Notes under the pieces: generated by a model | What the model was told of the DNA's origin: nothing | The model's input: the letters and a program-made list of their open reading frames with translations, nothing else | Database searches by the model: none | Translations under genes and position numbers: made by a program | Assembly (NCBI GenBank): GCA_023645945.1 | Contig: JALAIB010000075.1 | Coordinates: 1 to 35,368, forward strand | Source: Diploschistes diacapsis | Taxonomy: Eukaryota | Direction: 5' to 3' | Length of the DNA stretch: 35,368 bases | Shown: positions 1-9,160 of the stretch, piece by piece | Layout of the letters: every line of letters starts with the position of its first letter | How positions within the stretch are numbered: the stretch's first letter is position 1

Positions 1-358
1 GGGTCTGTTGTGGTTGAACGCAGCGATTTTGCTCCACCTTGCTAGAGCTCCTTATCTGTACGCGAATTGTTTGTTCATAAGGTGGAAGAAGGGGAGAAAG
101 CGGGTGCAGGACGATCATAATATTCGATTATCTTGACTACATAAATACTTTGTAGTGAACATTAGCTGTCATTAAACGTTAGTAACCAATATCAGAAGCC
201 CAGCTCATATACAGAAAGAGAGGCCATCGACCGTCATTCTCATCCGCGGTAACCCGAGCCCGCAATTCTGTAGTATTCCAGATGGACGAAACATGCCCAG
301 CACGAGTCCGGCTTGGTTGATGGGAGTTTTCGTACTGCATGTACGACCTACTTCGGCA

Positions 359-3300
359 TCAGTTCAATGGCGAATCGTCGCCGAGTCCCTGAGGTCCCAC
401 ATGATGCACCGTTCGCTGATGCTGCACCAGGTTATGATTTCGTGCGAAAGCTCTGCCGCAGCCGTCGGTTGGGCAGACCAGCTTTTTCGCATGTGGCTTA
501 TGAAGTTCGCGTATGTGCCGCTTCATATTGCTCGGCAAGTAGATGAGCTTGCCCTGCAGCACTCTGCCGCAGATAGGGCACGCCACGCTGCCTTCTCTGG
601 TTTCCGAAGCTGGCGTGCCTTGATCCGGGTGCAGTGGTGTCAAACCAGGACTGAACTGCATTGGCTGCGGAAAAGACATGTCCCCCAAGTCGACTGCAGG
701 ATATGGTTGAAAGAGTGCATCGCTGGGCCTGGGAGTCCTAGACATTGTAAGCAGGGGCAACCTTTTCTGGGGAGCGGAGAACGCACAGATCTTGCGCAAC
801 CAATCCAGCCATGTCGGCCGAAGAGCTTGTGGAAGTCATGGACATCGGCGTGTCCATCCATGAGAACGGTCGGAGGGATTCGGCTATTGGTAATTGGTCT
901 TGCGCCGGGCCGAAGCTCGAGTGGTCCGTATTTGTCATACTCATACCAGATATACCGGGAACCTCCTGAGCTGGGACAGATTGACTTTGACGGCAATCAT
1001 CAGCGTCCTCGTTTACAAGAAGCTCCTTGTGGAGCGCGAGAATCTCCTCTATGTTCTTCAGCAAATACTGCGCACGACCAGGCCTTTCCCATGGTAGACG
1101 CATGTATACGCGGTCACAGAGTCGCGTTACGGTGTCGACAAATTTGCGATACATGGACTGATTCCTTGCAAAGCCCTACCAGGAAACCATGAGTGCTTGG
1201 TACACAATCTCGCTCAAAAGAAAACTTACTCTGGCTTCGTTGAGCAGGTAAAGCTCCAATCCTCTAAGCTTGGTGTTAGATGCAGCACTCAAGATCGAGG
1301 CCGCGTTATCTATCACCGGCCGGAAGCTCTCAACCCCTCGCATAGCCGTTAATGGGTCAATAATGTCCCGTCTAAGGACGTAAACGTTGCGGACGGTCTT
1401 CTCCGTGACAGGGGGATAGTGATCGAAACCAACGAAAGTTTGGTAGAATTCGCTGTCACCCGAATCCGTCGCAAGGTATTCAAAAGCTTTGGCTTGGTCA
1501 GTTCCAGCATTCGACAGAGCGAGGGAAGCTGCTTACTATTCAAGTATTGCATGCACAAACGTACAATGATACCATTCTTAAGTGACGTATGGAGCTTCTT
1601 GTGGTCGGTAATATCAAAGCTCGGCACTGAAAGCTGGCCCATCTCGTTCAACGGCCGACCCTCCGATGGCCACGATGGGAAGCTGCTCGATCTTCCTGGC
1701 GATGCGCGGTGCAATGGAGTTGGCGTCAGAAGGCTTGAATCGGCATCCAGCGTGTCTTCCAAGCCACTGGACCCCGTCTCAAGAAGCTGGGGATCAAAAA
1801 GCTTCTGAACCAAGTTAAGGTACCGTACTCTGTCTTGGCTTTTTGAGATGGCATGGGACCAAAGAGTCAGATCTTCAAAAATATGTGGGAGTTGGTCCAC
1901 TAAGTCTGTCTCTTGTACCGCCAAAGCACATGCATAAGCGAGATGTGCGAGCGCGAAGATCTCCGACATAGTGTCCGGGAGCACTCCATGTGTGATGCTG
2001 GCAACAGCTTGCCACGCTGTTTCGAACATGTCAGCTGCTGATTGATAACTTTCGAAACCCATTGCCGTCAGGCATGGGGGAGGCTGGAAGAGTTTTGAGT
2101 AAGAGATCTTGAAAGTCGTGTTGAAAAGTCCTCGGAGCTCATCCACAAGTTTGACACGGCTTTGAATCTGAGATTCGATTTGGAGAGGACTGGGAGTGTT
2201 GCCCAAGTGGTCACGGCTTGACTCGGGGCTAAGATCGTTGTCGATACGTCTATTGTTTGCGCAGCTTGTGTCAATACGGATGTTGGGGCAGGATCTTAGG
2301 GCAGCTCTAGCCCCAACGGAAGCCCAGAGGCTTTGTGACCGTGCCGAAGCTGGAGGCCAGGGCGAAGCATGGGCCTGCGAGTCCACTGCACTCGTGGAAA
2401 CTCCGACCGGCAAGCTGTTCTGATGGCGCCCTTGAGCGTCGGACCACTGAAGGAAGTGCGAAACATCTGCTGGGGAGATGGGACTGTCAAAGCCTTTGGA
2501 GGAAAAGAACTGCTCCGACGTTACTGGTGAAACAGGAGAGGATGCCGAGGAAACAGAGGGATTCGTCACAAGCGCGCTTTCGGACGATGCGGTAGAAAAT
2601 CTTTTAGAAGCAAGCTCGGCCCTAGGAGGTTCGACGACGATAGGCAAGATACCTTCCACCTCAAAAACTCGAGTTCGTCGACCAGAGAGCTCAGCGGGTA
2701 CCGTGGAGTCTGACAGAACAGGGGCGAATGCCGACTTTATCGCAGTGCTATCAAGCTCGGCCCCACGAAACGCGGCATCGTGCTTCTCGGCTCTTGTCGG
2801 AGGGGCGATGGTAGGAAACTCATCGTCGTAGCGGCGTTTCTTAGAATGGCGGCGATCATGGTGGATTACGTTCAACCTCGCAGGGTGCATCGCTTTTTGC
2901 AAACTCTTGGACCCTAATCTGTAGATTGCAGTGAAAGCATGTTTCAGGAAATGCCTTCTCGCGGGTTTAAAAAGGCGCGACCGTTTTTGAGGGCGCATAA
3001 AGGGTTCAGGCTTATGATGGTAGGGACAGATATATTGGCCTTCGGAGAGCCTTGGGCAGCTGGAAACGTGGTTGAGGAGCTCCACGCCGTCCGAGGAACC
3101 GCTGGTGTACTCGCACCATTGGAATGGGCACTTGCGTCGATTTTCGATTGGGATGCTCGGATCGGTTGTTCTGCAGAGAGCCACCCAGCAGAGGAACCTG
3201 TGGCGTGGATGCTGAAGTGAAACGTTCTCACGCACCAGTTCATCTCCGAGACACTCGTCGAGCACCCGCAAGCTGTCTTCATTAGCCTACAAAGCTGGAT

Positions 3301-3488
3301 GTTGCACGATAGCCTCACGCGCAGCAAGCATCGGAATCTATCTGAAAGGCGCCCTGCTCGACGGTTGGAGAGTACGCGGGCAGATCGTTATCGTCCAGGC
3401 CAGAAGCATCCATTGCAAAATCAACATTTTGCCGCCACGATTCCACAGGCGATGATTGGTTGGTCGAGCGTGGCGAGCTTTTCTCCAT
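359..3488 (-). CDS. Fungal C2H2 zinc-finger protein (~976 aa, 5 exons), putative transcription factor
   Basis: Introns 3273-3318, 1487-1536 (AAG acceptor), 1176-1229 and 738-786 join four ORF-track pieces and an unlisted exon (1230-1486) in frame. Two C-terminal C2H2 fingers (CPICG...MKRHIRELH; CPTDGCGRAFARNHNLVQHQRTVH) and an N-terminal Cys/His cluster (CPFQWC...HVSSC...YICPYH). The start could instead be the ATG at 3413. Confidence 0.8.
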
Positions 3489-3994
3489 TTGGGCAAACCC
3501 GCAGACAAGAGATTGAGAGCAAAGGCAGGACGGGTGAATAGTGCTCAAAAAATAGAAAAGAAGAGAAGAGCAAATGAGTTTGGACTGCGAGACGGCTTAT
3601 CTTTCAGTTCCTGCATGTTTGCAAGGGAAAACAGGACTCATTCCTGAATGTAAGGTGTAGAAAGTCCAACTGGCGGAGAGGAAACGGAGATTCAATCCAT
3701 TACAGAAGCGGGAGTTGGAAGTTCGAACTCATGCACACCAAAGCCCCAAGGCAGCAAGGCCAGGAATGGAGCTAACGAGCCGCTCCACGATGTTGCTTGC
3801 TTTGCGACGAACGATCGGGTTGCATGTTCAATGCCAGCGCCCTCGACTGGTCCTCAGGCAAAACAAGGCAGTCGATACCCGAGCGTGTCTGGTGGAGGAG
3901 TTGAGCTGGAGCGATTGCAGAAGCTTCTGGGGCGAAAGGATTGCTTTGTCAGAAACAGAAACTAGGGCTGACAGACCAGGAATGGCTGCTGCAT

Positions 3995-4034
3995 GGGGAG
4001 GGAGAGATAGAGAGAGGAAGAGAGAGAGAGAGAG
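3995..4034. repeat. Imperfect (GA)n purine microsatellite upstream of the zinc-finger gene
   Basis: ggggagggagagatagagagaggaagagagagagagagag; CT-rich on the transcribed (-) strand, as is typical of fungal leaders and core promoters. Confidence 0.7.
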
Positions 4035-4836
4035 CTTCCGCGAGTCCTGATTGAGGGGGGTAAGGCGACACCAGCGACAGCCAAACTGCGAACAGGACTC
4101 GAAGATACACGTCACCGGTGGACATGCTTCGACAACAACAAGGGCACGAGCATCCAGCATTGTTTCTGCACGCGGTTATCGAAAGTCCCTCATTGCTGTC
4201 TCTCGGACTCAGAGGTGAACTGGTGGTGATGTGGGCAGGCAGGCACTTAGTATTTAGCGGCTCGGCCCACAAGGCAGACTGGCAGGTTGACTTGCGGACT
4301 TGCGGGCTCGGCGCGGCATTTTCCCACGTTCCACGCCGGCAGGAGAGAAAACGAATCCAGTTTGGAAACAGTATTCTTGAAGTGCTGAAGGATATCTCAT
4401 CTTTATGTTTGATGATCTTCCCAAAGGAGGCTGTGCTATTAGCTCGTCTGCCCTCTGTCGCTATTCATAGCTACTAGCTATGCGGTGATGCAGAGCAAGT
4501 GTTTCATGTCTTTTGCACTGCCTCAAGCTCTGAACAAAAACCCGTGCCAAAACTTGAACGCTATACCTAATGAAGCAAAAAAGCACTAAAGATATCTTTG
4601 GAGGTCCTTACCTATTTGGGACTAATTAACTTTCGAGAGGGAACGGTAGTATCGAAGAGGCTAGTTAGTAGCTACTATGCCAACTAGCAACGACTAAGCT
4701 CATTAATTGGCTGGGTGTCAAGTCAAAGCTCCGTACGAATTTCTTGGCAGCCTTTCGAATGAACCCTGAGGGAATAATAACATGCACGGTTCTGCGATGC
4801 GCTGCGTAGTAAGCCCAGAGCTGTTTCTTTTCTAGT

Positions 4837-6063
4837 ATGCTACTATTTGAAAGACATGTCGTGGGCATAGCGAGGCGGAGAGGGACGGAAACGAGGCTGT
4901 GTCGACGCTTCCATCAAACATGGCGGAAGCGCCAGTCTCAGCCTTCCATTGCAGAGGAGACATCTGCCACTGCCGGACAAACATATCTGCCCTCACGGGG
5001 TCTCCTTGAGGTACGTGGTCGTGATGCGCCTCAGTTCCTTCAGGGGCTCACGACGGCCAACATCCCCTGCCAACTCCCAGAGCGTCCGGCGGTACAATAT
5101 GCTGCTTTTCTCAACGCGCAAGGCCGCCTGCTGCAAGACGTCTTCATATATCGACTGCCGCCAGATTCCCCCCTCCTTGATACCAGAAGCACGGCGACAG
5201 GCCCAGACCCCGTCTTCCTGATCGAGGTGGATGCCAACCAAGCCAGCACGTTGTTGAAGTGGCTGCGCAAGTACAAGCTGCGATCAAAGATTGCCTTGCG
5301 ATCTGTGCCCGCCGATGAGTTGGCCGTGTCTAGCGTCTGGGACGACGGTCAGTCCACAGAGCATCTGGAAAAGCAACTTGAAGGCAACGCAGGTCAGGCG
5401 AACACGGTGGCTACGGCTGACAACCGTGCTCCTGGTTTCGGCTTGCGCGTGCTCCACCGCATGGAAGAGAGGTTCTCTTCAAAGCCTCGGGCTTCTTTCC
5501 GCCAGTATACGCTAAGACGATACTTGCACTGCATACCGGAAGGTCAAGCAGAGCTGCCGTGCGAATCTGCGCTATTGCATGAGTCTTGCATCGACTATAT
5601 GGGTGGCGTGGATTTCCGGAAGGGGTGCTACGTAGGGCAGGAACTGGTCATTCGCACTCAGCATACAGGTGTAGTGCGAAAGCGCATACTGCCTTGTATC
5701 CTCTACCAAGACCCAGGAAACCCGCCCACGAAGCTAGCTTACGAAGACGCGTCGGTTTCCAAGGGACTGGCCGATTCTGTCCCGCCCGGTGCTGACGTTA
5801 AGAGTGCAATGGAGGAAGGGAAGAAGGCACGCAGCAAGGGGAAATGGCTGGCTGGTGTTGGCAATATAGGACTCGCACTCTGCAGACTAGAAGATATGGT
5901 CGGTCTCGGACCCACTGGCGAAAAGACGGAGAACTGGGACAGGATTAATGAGTGGTGCCTCGACTGGGAGGATCAAGGTGCTGAGGCGAAAGGTTTACGT
6001 ATAACAGGCTTCGTCCCCCACTGGTGGGCCCAGCGAAGAGAAGCTCTTAAGAAACCACAATAA
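4837..6063 (+). CDS. IBA57: Mitochondrial Fe-S cluster assembly factor IBA57/CAF17 (YgfZ/GcvT family)
   Basis: Intronless 408 aa ORF with the family signature KGCYVGQEL, plus RGLLEVRGRDAPQFLQGL, FLNAQGR and YKLRSKI motifs and an Arg-rich N-terminal presequence. Confidence 0.95.
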   Translation: MLLFERHVVGIARRRGTETRLCRRFHQTWRKRQSQPSIAEETSATAGQTYLPSRGLLEVRGRDAPQFLQGLTTANIPCQLPERPAVQYAAFLNAQGRLLQDVFIYRLPPDSPLLDTRSTATGPDPVFLIEVDANQASTLLKWLRKYKLRSKIALRSVPADELAVSSVWDDGQSTEHLEKQLEGNAGQANTVATADNRAPGFGLRVLHRMEERFSSKPRASFRQYTLRRYLHCIPEGQAELPCESALLHESCIDYMGGVDFRKGCYVGQELVIRTQHTGVVRKRILPCILYQDPGNPPTKLAYEDASVSKGLADSVPPGADVKSAMEEGKKARSKGKWLAGVGNIGLALCRLEDMVGLGPTGEKTENWDRINEWCLDWEDQGAEAKGLRITGFVPHWWAQRREALKKPQ

Positions 6064-6248
6064 TGCTGCCAAATCAAGTAGACGACTTCGCGAGTTTGTG
6101 TCGGTCATAGTGCGAGCTGACTTCAAGTAATATCGAGTCCTTCCCGGATAAGCCGTCACATAACTAAATATGGGAACCTCGTAGAGCCCTCCAACATGCA
6201 TTCAAATGGGTATCGTACTGCCAAACCGGAACACCAAAGAGTACTTCG

Positions 6249-7319
6249 CTATGCAAGTTGTATACCTTGTCCATTCTGCTGCTCTGCCAGTTTCTCTGCC
6301 TTCAAGCGCCTCTCTTCCGCATGCCTACGAAGCCTAAGCAATGTTGCTTCCTCCAGACTAAGACCACCAGCAGCTGGAGCTGGAGCAACTCGAACTCTGG
6401 AGGCGGTTGTATTGTTCTCAAGCCAATCGGGCTCCTTCCCACTAGCCCAAAAGACATCTTCAAACGCGTCCCACGCCCCGCTGTTCTTTGCAAGTTCCTC
6501 CCAATCCTTCACAGCAGAGTGCGCCCCTAGTATACTCTTGAAAACGATCAATGCCCTCCCAATCCTCGTTTTTGCCTTCGAAGCCACTCGACGCTGGCGC
6601 TTGTCTCCCAGAATAGCGACGTTCTCGATCGATCCAAAAGTGGAGAACAGGTTCTGTATCGCTGGCGCGTCGAAGGTATCACCAGCCTGCGACGGACGGG
6701 CGAATTTGACCTTGATCGACCTGTCCAGGTCCGCAACGCCCTGTTGCTCTTGTGTCTTTTCTATGGCCGGCTCCTGTGTTTCTTTATTCTTTGCTCTATT
6801 CAATGCATCCTCCTGCTCCTTCAAGTCTGATCTGAGCTTCTCCTCTCGGTCTAGACGTCTACGTCTGCCATCCTCTGCGATCCGCTGGATCTCCCGTTCT
6901 CGCCTTTCTTGCTCATCCTGCTCCTCATCTCTTGCTCTCTTAAGGCCGTTTGACGTCCCGCCAAAATTGGTAAAGGCAGCGGCTCTCTCGCGTTGCTCTA
7001 AGCTCTCCACCTTCCTGCGCCTCTCCTCATGTAACGACTGCTCTCGTTTGCGCTGCTGCTCTCTTGCGTCTCGGGCATCGTCATAGAGTTTTCTCAAAGA
7101 AGGGTCACTAAGGATTTGATAGGCAATATTGGAAAGCAAGAATTTTTCACGGGCCTCGATATTCGCAGCACCAACTTTGTCTGGATGGTATTTACGGGCC
7201 GTCTTGCGCCAAGCGCGGTTCAGATCCGCTTCCACAAAGGCAGGTGTGAGATTGAGGAGGGAATAAAAGTCATGGTGAGACGTTGCGTGCGCTTTGAGGT
7301 CGTTATTGGCGGAGTCCAT
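6249..7319 (-). CDS. CWC23: Spliceosomal J-domain protein Cwc23/DNAJC17
   Basis: 356 aa. N-terminal J domain (DFYSLL...WRKTARKYHPDK...AYQILSDPSLRKLYD), coiled coil, RRM-like C-terminal region (RSIKVKF...LFSTFGSIENVAIL...ALIVFKSILGAHSAV), and a terminal EEATLLRLR. Confidence 0.9.
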   Translation of the reverse strand: MDSANNDLKAHATSHHDFYSLLNLTPAFVEADLNRAWRKTARKYHPDKVGAANIEAREKFLLSNIAYQILSDPSLRKLYDDARDAREQQRKREQSLHEERRRKVESLEQRERAAAFTNFGGTSNGLKRARDEEQDEQERREREIQRIAEDGRRRRLDREEKLRSDLKEQEDALNRAKNKETQEPAIEKTQEQQGVADLDRSIKVKFARPSQAGDTFDAPAIQNLFSTFGSIENVAILGDKRQRRVASKAKTRIGRALIVFKSILGAHSAVKDWEELAKNSGAWDAFEDVFWASGKEPDWLENNTTASRVRVAPAPAAGGLSLEEATLLRLRRHAEERRLKAEKLAEQQNGQGIQLA

Positions 7320-7422
7320 CGCTTCTCATTTGGCTATAAGATGGCTTTGAGAGAGTTGATGTTAATGCAGCAAGTGCTCCCGCTGAGCACAAATGTGAGA
7401 CTTTGGTGACTTGTGGACTGAA

Positions 7423-7429
7423 TGACTCA
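7423..7429. promoter_or_regulatory. TGACTCA Gcn4/CpcA-type bZIP site upstream of CWC23
   Basis: Exact motif ~105 bp upstream of the ATG. An E-box (TCACGTGAC) lies at 7595-7603. Motif match only. Confidence 0.3.
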
Positions 7430-9160
7430 CGAGGAAGCAACTGCTCTGGCTTCAATCATCTCTTATCTGAGCTGCATGCCAAGAGGGGGTTCTGTGATGA
7501 TTTGCGCAAGAAACAAAGATATTAAAGTTGTGAAATTCTCTCGGCTGATCGTGTTTCTATATCCAGTGGTTACACGACCGGCGAACGGTTGATCTCACGT
7601 GACCTCTGATGGGGTAGGTTAGCCGAGGCCGGAATATATTTTTTCCCTTTCATCCTTTTCTATAGGATTGGCAGCAGTCGAGATATATACCGCTTGTTCC
7701 AACAAGTTACTACGCTTACTATCGAGCAACGGGGCGTACAAAGTTCAGATCGACTTTGATCCCAGACGACAAGGATGACAGTAAGACTTCTCCTGGTATT
7801 GTCTTCTAGTTGTCGACCCTGTATTAGGTGTAAGTAGATTCTACTGTTTAGGTTCAGAGAAATCTTCAACTTCAACTGAAGCCCCTATTTCTTTCCACTC
7901 TCCTATCGTTTGCCATTTGGCCCTCGACACTCTTTCAGTCATTCGCTTGTTTGATGTGTCCGATTGTAGCCGACTAAATACTACGTTTAGGCGGAGCAAA
8001 ATCTCAAAGCAGTTACCTAGAATGTTCCCACTCTCTGCTTGGACCTGGCATTACCTACTGCCGCCGCCCTCTGTAACATCCTCCCCCTGAATGATCCGAC
8101 GGCCGGAGGCTCCGAGCTAGCTAAGAAGCTCACTAATCAATCTCTTGTCGTACCATTGCCCTCCACTGGCATGAGCGTTGCACATATTTTTGCAGTAAAA
8201 TACGGCTTCAGTAACTTCACCACCACGAACATGGCCGGCAGCAAGGAGAATAGCCCTAGATGCATCCGGCGCTAGCAACCTCGATGCCGCTACAGCTTCT
8301 GGCACAGTATCCTCTAGTGTCTCCTCATCCAACTACGAACCTACTGCTGTTGCAGCTAACGCGAGAAATAATGAGTGCAATGCTGGTTCCCCACCCACTA
8401 GCCCTCCAGCGAGCTGCTGCTGCCACCACCTTTCCACCACCATGATTTCTCCGCCGGCGCCGCCGTAGCCACCTCTTCCTCCTCCGTAGGCGCCAGCCTG
8501 ACCGGCACCGCCACTCAGCAAGCCGCGGAGACTTGATCTCCATCTTCGGCACCAGCGCCAAGACCTCGCTGGACGGCGGAGACTTCTGAAGGCTTCGAGT
8601 GCTGCCTCCCTACTATATTCTTCGCTGGCGGTTCGGGCAACAGGCCCCGCGCCCGAATTCATCTCCCAGGCCATTGACTCGAAAATCTCCCAACAACCCA
8701 GGAAAAGGCGCTCAGTACGAACATCGGCACTGACCGCATGTGCAGTGCGCTCATCAAACAGTGCCAGAGCGACCAGGCGTCGAAAGATGTCGTCGCCCAC
8801 GTAAAGGTGCAGGTCGAGGTGTCGGGAACGAAGTTTCAACCGATAACAGATGCCTGACATAAGGTATTAAGGGAGCTTTAGAGGAGGAGCAGCTCGAAAG
8901 GTGGCAGTCAGTATTGGCATAGACAAAGGGCTGTAGTGATGAAGAAATTCGTGAACAAGAAGGGTAGAAGAAAGCGAATGCAGGGACTTGGACGTTTCAA
9001 TTCGACGCCCCACACCGTGAATGTCTTGTCCTGTTCGCGGTATGAAAGACTAGTTTTATTAAATTATCAGATTGTAGCTTGTAAGCACTATCTCAGGGTA
9101 AATGTGTAAATTCCTTGAAATGCAAGCTTTCCCTAGGCGCGAGCCGCCTACATTAACAGC

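Noticed and set aside
738..799. Apparent frameshift or premature TAG in the zinc-finger gene (possible editing-dependent stop)
   Set aside because: Resolved by a 49-nt intron (GTGCGT...GCTTAC...TAG) that restores the frame.
293..1192. 299-aa + strand ORF
   Set aside because: Antisense shadow of the zinc-finger gene's last exons; no domain and non-protein-like composition.
6196..7086. 296-aa + strand ORF
   Set aside because: Antisense shadow of CWC23 (Ser/Leu-rich mirror of the Glu/Arg coiled coil).
7494..7609. Box C (GTGATGA) with CTGA at 7545 and 7606, possible C/D snoRNA
   Set aside because: No terminal stem, no convincing rRNA complementarity of 10 nt or more, and it lies in promoter DNA.
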